Shown: positions 45,802 to 55,022 of the stretch, piece by piece | Position numbering within the stretch: position 1 is the first letter of the stretch | How the letters are laid out: each line of letters opens with the position of its first letter | IMG/VR virus record: IMGVR_UViG_3300034104_003795 | Coordinates: 1-64,000 of that record | Length of the DNA stretch: 64,000 nucleotides | Direction: 5' to 3' (one strand) | Position numbers and translations under genes: made by a program | Notes under the pieces: model-generated | Seen by the model: the letters and a program-made list of their open reading frames with translations, nothing else | Database searches by the model: none | Told to the model about the DNA's origin: nothing

Positions 45802-46269
45802 TTATTTTGTAACTAACAATGCGTTAAATGGATTTCTATCTACAACCTCAACGGCTGCTATACCAAGGTCTGCTAACTCATCAGCTACTTTGGTTAAACC
45901 TTTCGCTACGATGTTAAAACCGTGTACCTCATCAATAGCAATCTTTGCGTACTCTAAATTCACATACCTACGTCCGCTAAGGTCATCCATAATCTTTGCC
46001 GGTCCCATTGTGATTTGAACCATCTCTGGAAACTTCTCATTACTTACATCCGATATTGCGCAGTTTAAGTACTTAATGTGCGGTAACGGGTTCTTTTTAC
46101 TACCAGCTTTAAAACCTTCTCTTAATGCTTGGATGGTCTTAATACTCTTAGCCTTCTTTGTAGCGGGCTTCTTTGCTGTTTTCTTTACAACCTTTTTAGT
46201 GGCTGCTTTCTTAACTACTTTTTTAGCTACCTTTTTAGGTGCTGACTTCTTTGTGACTTTCTTATTCAT
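45802..46269 (-). CDS. protein with histone-H1/HU-tail-like Lys/Ala N-terminus
   Basis: KKVTKKSAPKKVAKKVVKKAATKKVVKKTAKKPATKKAK. Confidence 0.65.
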   Translation of the reverse strand: MNKKVTKKSAPKKVAKKVVKKAATKKVVKKTAKKPATKKAKSIKTIQALREGFKAGSKKNPLPHIKYLNCAISDVSNEKFPEMVQITMGPAKIMDDLSGRRYVNLEYAKIAIDEVHGFNIVAKGLTKVADELADLGIAAVEVVDRNPFNALLVTK

Positions 46270-46297
46270 ATCTTATTAAATTAAAGGGGTTATTAAA

Positions 46298-47143
46298 TTA
46301 CTTCACCATACCAATACGCTTCCAACTACCATTCCATTCCTCACCATTCAGGTACCAATTCCAATTCTTTTGTTTGATGTGTACGCCGGGTATACCATTC
46401 AGACGTTCTTTTGTAGTGTTTGAGGACCATCCAGCGTTTGTTATACTCAATACTCCTAGCTCGTCAATAGTTGCAATAGTATTACCATGCAATCTGAGCT
46501 TATATATACCATAGGACTCTTCTACACTCATATTAGATTTGCGGAAGGTCTCTTTACTTAAAAACTTGTCAATAGATTCTTTTGTGATTTTTCTCATAAT
46601 AAGGGGTTTAACGGATTACTTAACAATTTCAACCATACTCAAAGGTACGTTAAATGTACCAATACCAAATCGGACTTTACAACGGGTACGATTGATTTCA
46701 ATTACTGAACCAGTCGAACCTTGTACTCTGGGTGAATTCACTTTAACGTTGTCACCAACTCTTAATTGGTTTTTAACTTCATACGCCCTATCTAATCGAG
46801 ATTCTTTTAATAGGGATACTACATAGGAATTCAACAACTTCAAGTCAAGTGAACTCATTTTTTGAATTTCTGCACGCATTTTTGAACTAATCATATAATA
46901 AGGGGTTTAAATTTTAATACTTAATGTGAACACCATTCTGGTCATCCACAACTTTTGGATACCCGATGTTCGGCTCTCTAATAACAAAAGCAACGAAAAC
47001 GATACCAAACCAAAGGATTGTCTTTAACATAGGGGTTATTTAGAAGTTTTGAAATAGTACTCATAAACGGTTTTACCTAAAACATATCCAAAAAGTGAAA
47101 CTCCACTTATAAGGACGAACTCTAAAATTGTAATGTGTGTCAT
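46298..47143 (-). CDS. four early CDSs (46298-46597; 46616-46894 KOW-like; 46914-47030 and 47036-47143 TM micro-proteins not in track)
   Basis: LRVGDNVKV..GSVIEINRTRCKV; hand-translated 38-aa and 35-aa hydrophobic peptides. Confidence 0.55.
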
Positions 47144-47162
47144 ATCTCTTAATCTTATATAC

Positions 47163-47522
47163 CAAAACTACACCTATTTTTTAATATATCCAAGCTTTTT
47201 ATCCACTTTTTTTGGTCCCCAAAGCGTAACTCGTTGATACTCAATCAAGAATTTTTTGGTAAAAAGCTGGATCTTGGTAAGTCATTGATTATCAACCACT
47301 TGCGGCAGCCGGACTTAACATAATATAATTTATAGGCGATTTAGGGGTTTTTCCATCGTAACACATTGATTATCAACGAGTTGTGGACTTAACATAATAT
47401 CCGTTATTGGGGGTCTCACTCAAAGGACGTACCCCGCCCTCCACTCCCTAAAGTTACGAAAAATACCTGATATTTCCAACAGGTGTGGATAACTTTTTAA
47501 TTAGTTGATAATCAATTCGTTA
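47163..47522. repeat. iteron-like repeats, four dyads and DnaA-box matches between two host-type promoters
   Basis: CATTGATTATCAAC..GGACTTAACATAATAT twice (47283-47326, 47364-47400); TGTGGATAA 47484-47492. Confidence 0.6.
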
Positions 47523-47949
47523 TATGCCATCTCTAAACAATCCAACCAGTCTGCCGTGTCACCATCGGTTTCCAGTTGTCTTTTTATTTGTTTGGCATAA
47601 CTAACTAACTCTTCGTCCATACCTAATTGGACAGCCCGTTGAATCATTTGAAGTTCTGTAAGCATATATAACATTATAGGTCAGTATCGGACCACTCATT
47701 TATTTTATCTAAACACCTTTGTAGTTTTAGAAGTTCCCTTTCGGCATCCTCTATTTGTTTACGTTTGTCCGCCATAATCGTTTGGACCAATGTAGTGGCG
47801 GCGTATTTCCTACCCCAGACTTTCGGATAATGGAAATTTGAACCAATAGGGATGTATTCACCTCTTATCAATGCATACCTGTCACCTCTTATGACAACCG
47901 CATCGTATTCACCCTCACCATTTTCCATTAACCTCATATCGTTATGCAT
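47501..47949 (-). CDS. two small CDSs (47501-47665 54 aa not in track; 47674-47949)
   Basis: Hand translation MLTELQMIQRAVQLG..; start of the second moved to avoid overlap. Confidence 0.5.
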
Positions 47950-48013
47950 GGCACGATTTGATGCCACTTGCTCACCTGGTTTGACATGAGTATTTTTATG
48001 AGTCTTTTTTTCT

Positions 48014-48370
48014 TTACTTTCCTTTCTTTCTGTATGCACGTTTGACAAGTTTTTCGTTTTCCCTTGCTTGTATTTCGTATGGGTTATTTTTGTACCCGTA
48101 TTTAATTTGATAATGATTGTACCAGCGGTATGACTGTTGTGCATGTGTCCATTCGTGTAGAATTGTTTTCTGAACCGCCACCATTCGTTTACATTGTGCT
48201 AAATTAATCCAAATTGTTTTTTCCCAATCGTAGTAACCACATTCGGCATCCTCTTTGGTATCCCAGTAAAAAGCAATTGCTCCACATCTGCTTTCACCCA
48301 GTTTTTCATGAGCCCAATTCCATAAACGGTTACAATCAAACTTCATTCCTATTTTATTACTTACACGCAT
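48014..48370 (-). CDS. HExxH zinc metallopeptidase-like protein
   Basis: TILHEWTHAQQ..NPYEIQAR; promoter at 48409-48440. Confidence 0.7.
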   Translation of the reverse strand: MRVSNKIGMKFDCNRLWNWAHEKLGESRCGAIAFYWDTKEDAECGYYDWEKTIWINLAQCKRMVAVQKTILHEWTHAQQSYRWYNHYQIKYGYKNNPYEIQARENEKLVKRAYRKKGK

Positions 48371-48816
48371 AAATATCTTTTAGATTTTAAATAGATTAAT
48401 TAGATATACAAATATACGAAAAAAAATCCATTCCACCAAATCTAATGCCAGTAAGGGTTACAGTAGTATAGTGTATTAAATTCATATAAAAAAATTTTTT
48501 TGCGTGGAAAAGAATTCGTATATACCTCACATTATGACTGACATATACTAATTTTGACATCGTTTTTATTGTGAAGTGGTAAAAAGTGGGATTTTGTGTT
48601 AAAGTGTGTTTTCATTGACACCCATCGGTTTTCAATTACTTTGTACTATCAAATTACATTTCATTAAAAATTGTGACACTTACCCCTTAAAACGTAATTA
48701 AATTTTAGTAGTATCAAAATAGGGTTTTATCAAGTTTCAACGCAAGTCCCAACACCCTTTTGCTCACCATCGTACTATCAATATTCGGACACAAAAAAGG
48801 GACCATTTAAGTATCC

Positions 48817-49011
48817 CTATTCTATTTCGTTTGTTGTACTATTGGTAGCGAGTAACTCGTATTTTTTATTGATTAGGTTTCGTATTTGGGTACAAAGCTC
48901 GTATTCCTCAATCCCAATACATTCTTTTAATAACCATTGGAGACGTTGTATTTTATGTTGAAGTTCAAGGCGTTCCCTTTGTGTTAAACCGTGTGTGTGA
49001 TTAGTATCCAT
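48817..49011 (-). CDS. small protein with UVR-like motif
   Basis: CIGIEEYELCTQIR. Confidence 0.45.
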   Translation of the reverse strand: MDTNHTHGLTQRERLELQHKIQRLQWLLKECIGIEEYELCTQIRNLINKKYELLATNSTTNEIE

Positions 49012-49071
49012 AACATTGTAATTAATGCGGTTATCAATAGGAGCTCGGACCCATTACCTTTAATACGCCCC

Positions 49072-49534
49072 TTATTTATTCTTTTTGTTTTCATTTGGTT
49101 TATGTTCGTAATCCCATTCAGTTCCCCTACGGATTACGATATCTTTTTTGTTTTCTTTTGTACCGTATTCCTTACTATATACCAATATCTTTAAGGTTAT
49201 GTAGAACCCTATAAAACCTATTAGAGCAAGGATATCAAAGAGGTTTATTTCATTACTCGGCATCTTCTATTCTATTGATTTGTTTTATTAGGTCTATTAC
49301 ACACCATACAGTCATTATACCTATTAACCCTATTACTATTCCCATAACTTATTTGTTTTTATTTTGTCTCCTTATTTCCCTATATATCAGTATTACTACT
49401 ATTAACGTTATTAATCCCATTATCTATTAGTCTTTGTTTATATCCTTATGATTTTCGTTTATGTATCTGTCTACTATATACTGACCTATTCCATACCCTA
49501 CTAACATTCCTATTACTATTACTACTATTAACAT
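49072..49534 (-). CDS. four single-TM micro-proteins (49072-49263; 49253-49345; 49349-49420; 49427-49534)
   Basis: MGIVIGLIGIMTVWCVIDLIKQINRIEDAE; MGLITLIVVILIYREIRRQNKNK; MLIVVIVIGMLVGYGIGQYIVDRYINENHKDINKD. Confidence 0.6.
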
Positions 49535-49567
49535 CTGTACTATAATTATTTTTATCTACGTCCGCTC

Positions 49568-50195
49568 TTATTCCCAAACAAACTCCCAACTCCTATCAGC
49601 TCTTTGAACACTTAAACGAAATGGACCAACTCTTGGATGTGTCCCTCTTATAACCCATTCGGTTGGAGTAGTTATCAATTCCCTATCTACAAAATCCGCT
49701 GGTATACACGCCTTGTAATGTTTCTCTATTGCTTCAAACCCCATACCAGCAGTAACTCCAAAACCCCCACCACCAGTGATATACCTTTCAAATGATTCTT
49801 GCCACCATGTATCCGTGTTTGTACTAAAATCTATTGCCATACTATTTGTTTTTAATTGTTTGTTATAAATATATATTCAAATCTTATTTTTATTTCCTAT
49901 TAATCCATTCTCTATTAATCAAGGCAGACACTATCAAAAATTTTCCCTATCGACCCGAACACCGATTCACCGATACGATATATACTACAAGTACTGAATA
50001 TACTATATGTATTATACTATGTATTACTATTGTCCGATTTTATTTTCTTATAGTTCGGAAATTACTTGCACCCTTTGTTAGTTCCCTCAATTCCTTTACT
50101 TCATATAACAGGCAAAACATACCTATTGTAGCTACTATCATTAATATAAAGGTTATCCCCTCTAATATATCTTTTGTTTTTAGTTCGTTATTCAT
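49568..50195 (-). CDS. two CDSs (49568-49840; 50040-50195 TM peptide not in track)
   Basis: ATATTTATA at 49864-49872 upstream of 49840. Confidence 0.5.
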
Positions 50196-50198
50196 ATT

Positions 50199-50525
50199 TT
50201 ATTGATTTACTATATTTTTTATATGAGTGTCCAAGCAAAAAGTAAAACTACTTATGGTCCTCATATACTCTATATCCCATGCCGAACGTCCATGAAAGCT
50301 TTGTTTTACTAGTCCGGTCTCCATTACATACCCACCTATTGTTTTTACTCTATTCAATTTTATAGTCAACTCATCACGCCTAAAACCCCCGATTGTCCAA
50401 TAACCTACCCGTTTATGGATTACAAATATATAGTTTTGTTCACCTATAAACATTTCACCTATCCGCCATTCGGGTGTACCGGCAAACTTACTATTGAGTA
50501 TGTTTATGTTTTCTATTGTTAGCAT
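50199..50525 (-). CDS. MLTIxN-family paralogue B1
   Basis: MLTIENINIL..WRI..NYIF..IKLNR..GYVM. Confidence 0.7.
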   Translation of the reverse strand: MLTIENINILNSKFAGTPEWRIGEMFIGEQNYIFVIHKRVGYWTIGGFRRDELTIKLNRVKTIGGYVMETGLVKQSFHGRSAWDIEYMRTISSFTFCLDTHIKNIVNQ

Positions 50526-50526
50526 A

Positions 50527-50835
50527 CTATTCTTTTAACATTTTATCAATTAAGTTTCCTATAAAATACGGCGTTATTTGATGCATACTCAACCATCTAT
50601 TTACTTTACTTTGGTCAAAATCTTTATATAACCTATAAACGGGTTCGTTTCTGCCACTTACATATTGGCTCTCTCTATTCAAATAAAATACATTTTGTAC
50701 CTTACCGTTTACAGAAACAGCAAATGCATATACATCCTTATAAACATCGGTTGTTTCTATCGCTTCACTTATATACCATATGTTAATAGATGAACCCACA
50801 TTTATTATTTTATCTATGTTTTGTATTGTTAGCAT
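50527..50835 (-). CDS. MLTIxN-family paralogue B2
   Basis: MLTIQNIDKI..WYI..VYAF..FYLNR..VYRL. Confidence 0.7.
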   Translation of the reverse strand: MLTIQNIDKIINVGSSINIWYISEAIETTDVYKDVYAFAVSVNGKVQNVFYLNRESQYVSGRNEPVYRLYKDFDQSKVNRWLSMHQITPYFIGNLIDKMLKE

Positions 50836-51152
50836 AGTATATATTTGTTTACTAAAAATTCTATTGAGCTTACAAACTGTCTCATGTCCGATATATCCTT
50901 TGTTCTTAAATATATTCTACTCGTAGGATTACTATTATCATACATCGCGTAGGTTGTTTCCATATTAGGACCAAATACGTCCGAAGTTCTAAGTAAAACT
51001 AATAACTCGTCAGATTTTGATTTACGCGGACATCTTAAATGTATTTGATATGCTCTTTCATATTGAGTAGTATTTCTTATATAATATTCTACAACACGAT
51101 TCTTAACTATTGGTACATCTAATATCTTATATGTATTTTCTATTGTTAGCAT
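50829..51152 (-). CDS. MLTIxN-family paralogue B3 (start reassigned to 51152)
   Basis: MLTIENTYKI..AYQI..VLLR..TYAM. Confidence 0.7.
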   Translation of the reverse strand: MLTIENTYKILDVPIVKNRVVEYYIRNTTQYERAYQIHLRCPRKSKSDELLVLLRTSDVFGPNMETTYAMYDNSNPTSRIYLRTKDISDMRQFVSSIEFLVNKYILC

Positions 51153-51162
51153 ATTATTTGTT

Positions 51163-51486
51163 TTAATTACTGAAACTATGCAATTGACCACCCAATATAC
51201 CAACAAACATTTTCAATTGTAAGTAACCTTTTGTTAGTATTGTATAACCATTATCTTGGTCATTATACATTTTCCACTCACCTAACGTACTACTAAATTC
51301 ATTATATCTTAATAGTTTAAAGTTTACATACTTTGGATGCTTTACGCCAAATGTAGTACCATACTCAAATCTTACTTTAATAATATAATCATGCTTTTGT
51401 TCCTCTATACTCATTACTACCCAATGTGCATGTGGTGTATGTATTTTTTTTCCTACTATCTTTTGTATGTTTTTTATTTTTAGCAT
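51163..51486 (-). CDS. MLTIxN-family paralogue B4
   Basis: MLKIKNIQKI..WVV..DYII..FKLLR. Confidence 0.7.
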   Translation of the reverse strand: MLKIKNIQKIVGKKIHTPHAHWVVMSIEEQKHDYIIKVRFEYGTTFGVKHPKYVNFKLLRYNEFSSTLGEWKMYNDQDNGYTILTKGYLQLKMFVGILGGQLHSFSN

Positions 51487-51496
51487 ATATTATTTT

Positions 51497-51820
51497 TTAT
51501 ATATCGTATGAGGTATCAATCATTTCAGTCATTCGTTTTATCAATAACCTCTTATCACTTATAGTTTCAATTGGTATGTATGTTTTAATCTTATACATTC
51601 TTTGCATACCCGGCCCACCTGCTGATATTCCAAATTCATATCCAATTCCATGTAGGTTTTGTTTATTCAAAGCAAATATTTCTTTTGGGCCTTTTCTATT
51701 TTCAATTAAGATTAGGTATTCATCGGTGTCATCTATAATTTTGTCCACTACCCAATACATACCCATCTTATCATAAAACGAATCACTTATTAACCGTCCT
51801 CTATTTTCTATTGTGAGCAT
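51497..51820 (-). CDS. MLTIxN-family paralogue B5
   Basis: MLTIENRGRL..WVV..EYLI..FALNK..GYEF. Confidence 0.7.
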   Translation of the reverse strand: MLTIENRGRLISDSFYDKMGMYWVVDKIIDDTDEYLILIENRKGPKEIFALNKQNLHGIGYEFGISAGGPGMQRMYKIKTYIPIETISDKRLLIKRMTEMIDTSYDI

Positions 51821-52127
51821 ATATCATTCCAGTTTGTATGTGTAACTCTAATATGAAGTTTTTCATTGTAAGGTTTTCCGGCGTTACATAAACATTTTGT
51901 TTTAGTTTTGCCGATGTCATTTCATATCCCCTACTATTCCTTATAGTTCGCATCAATTTATATACAATACCATCGTTTATACTTGCCACATTGTTTTCCA
52001 TCAAAGGAAATACCCCAAAACTATAATGGTCATAATATGCTCTTGCGATACCAATTATAAACTTCCGTCCGCTACTCAATTGGAATTCCTTACCGTCTAT
52101 ATTTTGTATGTTTTCTATTGTCAACAT
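51801..52127 (-). CDS. MLTIxN-family paralogue B6
   Basis: MLTIENIQNI..HYSF..YKLMR..GYEM. Confidence 0.7.
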   Translation of the reverse strand: MLTIENIQNIDGKEFQLSSGRKFIIGIARAYYDHYSFGVFPLMENNVASINDGIVYKLMRTIRNSRGYEMTSAKLKQNVYVTPENLTMKNFILELHIQTGMIYAHNRK

Positions 52128-52730
52128 TCATTCCGTTTATTAGGTCTTTTAAAATAACATTCCAATTATCCGCATTGTCCATTACTACTCTTTGATATTG
52201 CTTTAATATCGTATCCCTTTGCTCCTTTGTTAATTCTACGTCTAATTCTTGCTCTATTCCTTTGATATCGTCTATTGTAACATTCATACGATTTATTTAT
52301 TTAGATATTGCTTTACTAATTATGTCCACAATCCTATTCAACCGCCATTCACTCTTTTTTTCTCTTATTGTTTTCGGTTCGTCATCCTTTGTATTGTTAT
52401 ATACATTGACGGATGTATTGTATTGACTTATTAAGGATTGATAATAGATTTGATGTAAGTGATGCGGGATGTTTGTAAAATCAGCTTCAACAGTTACAGG
52501 CATTTTAGTACCTGTTCCGTATATTTGTATTGAAGTTTTGATTTGTACTTTACCATTACCCTTCATTGTAAGGTGTCTACTATCCGTTGAAATGTTTATA
52601 CTCATCCGAAACTATTTAATACTTTTTTAATTACTCTTTTTACCATTCGTTGTGCCACAAATAATGCAATTAGTGCACCAACTCCGGCTCCTATTAAGAA
52701 GCCCCAAATAAATTGAAATTCTATACTCAT
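52090..52730 (-). CDS. three interspersed non-family CDSs (52090-52287; 52297-52605; 52602-52730 TM peptide)
   Basis: ORFs inside array B. Confidence 0.5.
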
Positions 52731-52735
52731 ATTTT

Positions 52736-53044
52736 TTATTTTAAAGATTCTAACATATCTTTTATCAAATCAGTCACATATACAGTGCCTAACTTCAAAT
52801 CCGGTTTATTTAATATCCTTCTAATTGGTATTCCACTTCCCGATTGATTAGACCAAAACCATAATTCATAAAGTGCCGAATCACTCTTACCTATTGCGGT
52901 TCGTTCTAAATTAACTTGCAATCGTAGGCCATTGGATTTTCTTAATTCAATTAGGTATGCACTATCCAATGTTACTACTTTACCTATTCTCCATTCACCT
53001 ACATCCTGTTTGTAAAGTTTTTCTATGTTTACTATTGTTAGCAT
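52736..53044 (-). CDS. MLTIxN-family paralogue B7
   Basis: MLTIVNIEKL..WRI..AYLI..VNLER..LYEL. Confidence 0.7.
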   Translation of the reverse strand: MLTIVNIEKLYKQDVGEWRIGKVVTLDSAYLIELRKSNGLRLQVNLERTAIGKSDSALYELWFWSNQSGSGIPIRRILNKPDLKLGTVYVTDLIKDMLESLK

Positions 53045-53045
53045 A

Positions 53046-53342
53046 CTAAATAAATGATTCTAAATGATTACTGAATATATCAATATTTTTCATATCGTCT
53101 CTGTGTATATACTTTTTTTCATTTCCACATTCTAATTTGTATTGGTGTCCAAGTTTAAACGGTGAAAAACTTCTGTCCAAAACTATTTTCTTGTCCCAAC
53201 CATTTTCAGTTTGCTCAATAAAAATTACATAGTGATTCAAATGTGGTCTTATTGAAGTTACAACCCATTCCATTGGACCGGCACTTCCGCTACCATGCAA
53301 TATAGTACCTAATAACTTTTTTTCGTTTTCTATTGTTAGCAT
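53046..53342 (-). CDS. MLTIxN-family paralogue B8
   Basis: MLTIENEKKL..WVV..HYVI..IVLDR..QYKL. Confidence 0.7.
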   Translation of the reverse strand: MLTIENEKKLLGTILHGSGSAGPMEWVVTSIRPHLNHYVIFIEQTENGWDKKIVLDRSFSPFKLGHQYKLECGNEKKYIHRDDMKNIDIFSNHLESFI

Positions 53343-53343
53343 C

Positions 53344-53706
53344 TTAATAAGTGTTTGGTAGCATATATCTTAATACATCAATAAATTTATCCATTGTGTC
53401 TATATCGGTACAATATCCACGTTGTACTTGTCCATAACAAAACAATTCATATGTATTTTCATGTTGAACTCTATAAAAACTTAACTTAGCTTCCTCAATT
53501 CTTGCACGAGTCATAGAATAGTATTGCTGATTAGGTGAACTTATAACAGGCACTTGCGTTTGGAATTGAAATACATATGTAATTTCGTCATCCATCGTTA
53601 CATTGACGTTTGTTACACACCAAATCAAATTACCGGTTGCACTTGGTATAATTGTTTTTAATAACTTTTCAGGATTTTTTAATATCATTTTATTTGTTAT
53701 TATCAT
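53344..53706 (-). CDS. MLTIxN-family paralogue B9 (divergent)
   Basis: MILKNPEKL..WCV..TYVF..LSFYR..TYEL. Confidence 0.6.
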   Translation of the reverse strand: MIITNKMILKNPEKLLKTIIPSATGNLIWCVTNVNVTMDDEITYVFQFQTQVPVISSPNQQYYSMTRARIEEAKLSFYRVQHENTYELFCYGQVQRGYCTDIDTMDKFIDVLRYMLPNTY

Positions 53707-54567
53707 CTAAACATTTGTTACAACTTCCGTCCTCATTCAATAATGTACTATGTATTGGACAGATATCGTTTCGTTTATCTTCGTCCAAAACTATATAACG
53801 ATACCCATCTTTTGTTTGAGTAAACTCGCCCAACTTCGCTATTTGTTTTACTACATTCATTTTTCCGGTATTCGCCATCAAAGCAATTGTGTCCTCTAAA
53901 TAAATTATTTTTGCCATTCTTTACGATGTTTTATAAACCAATAAATGTGAATCATTAATACACAAGCATTAACTACAATTGTAGGTCCCGCCATAATACC
54001 CAATCCGTAAACTATCCAAAACATAGAACCGATTGAATTTATTAAACGCAATCGGTAAATGTTTTCTATTGTGAACGAATAAAGGACCACTACAGTTCCT
54101 ATGTATCCGAATATATCCCAATTCATAACTAATCAAATAAATCTTTAAATAATCCGGCTTCAACTCTTTTACCAAATGCTTCACCTAATAATTCAATTGT
54201 AAGTTCATTAGCTTTATCTTGCCTTTCAACTTCCTTACTGAATCTTTCAGGTGTTAATTCGTCCAACTCTTTGATATTGAAATGCTGTGTTGGTATTGTG
54301 AATACTACATACCCCTCGTTTGTTTTACGAATATCAATCCCGTCTTTAATCCATTCTTTTAACTCAATCATTTTCTTCAATGTTAAATTCTATATTGTCA
54401 ATAATTGTTCTACTAACTGGATAATATGCAATTCCAATTGCTTTACCCTGCTCATTTCGTTTCCAAAATTCGTAAAGACCGGAGTCTGACCAAGATATTC
54501 CATCTGCTTCAACTTTACGATTCATATAAGATTCGCCTGTTATAACTAAAATGTGGTATGCATTCAT
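53690..54567 (-). CDS. four small CDSs (53690-53917 Cys motif; 53905-54126 YgjV-like membrane protein; 54129-54380; 54364-54567)
   Basis: CPIH..CNKC; LRLINSIGSMFWIVYG. Confidence 0.55.
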
Positions 54568-54570
54568 AAA

Positions 54571-55017
54571 TTAAATGTTTGTTTCATTAATCACTTCAAT
54601 TGAAATAATAGAATCACCTTGTCTGATAAAATCAACCACTTCAACCCCTTCAATTACTTTACCGAAGCAAGTGTGATTGCCGTCCAAATGTGCAACTCCT
54701 GCTCTATTGTGACAAATAAAGAATTGTGAACCACCAGTATTTCGACCGGCGTGTGCCATACTTAATACACCCCTATCATGAAATTGCTTTGGTGCATTCA
54801 CCTCACACGGAATTGTATAACCAGGTCCGCCATCACCTCTACCGTTCGGACATCCACCTTGAACCATAAAGTTTGGAATAACTCTATGAAAGTTTAATCC
54901 ATTGTAAAATCCTTTTTCAACTAATTTTTTAAAGTTACCAGATGCAATTGGTGTCTCGTCATATAGTTCGACTACCATGTTACCTTTTGCTGTTTTAAAT
55001 AATACTTTTGTTGCCAT
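54571..55017 (-). CDS. cyclophilin-type peptidyl-prolyl isomerase
   Basis: FYNGLNFHRVIPNFMVQGGCP, SMAHAGRNTGGSQFFI, HTCFGKVIEG. Confidence 0.95.
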   Translation of the reverse strand: MATKVLFKTAKGNMVVELYDETPIASGNFKKLVEKGFYNGLNFHRVIPNFMVQGGCPNGRGDGGPGYTIPCEVNAPKQFHDRGVLSMAHAGRNTGGSQFFICHNRAGVAHLDGNHTCFGKVIEGVEVVDFIRQGDSIISIEVINETNI

Positions 55018-55022
55018 AATTT

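Noticed and set aside
47950-48144. N-terminal extension of track ORF 47674-48144
   Set aside because: It overlaps the HExxH gene in another frame; a downstream Met gives normal gene packing.
48530-48800. Scattered TGACA and GTACTATCAAAT repeats in an intergenic gap
   Set aside because: Too short and irregularly spaced to support a binding-site array without statistics.
37344-53706. Diversity-generating retroelement or integron explanation for the MLTIxN arrays
   Set aside because: No reverse transcriptase, template/variable repeat pair or integrase in the window. Intergenic gaps of a few nt leave no room for attC sites.
54058-54076. TTCACAATAGAAAAC (FTIEN) resembling the family 5' motif
   Set aside because: It lies inside a YgjV-like membrane gene with no start codon; treated as coincidence.
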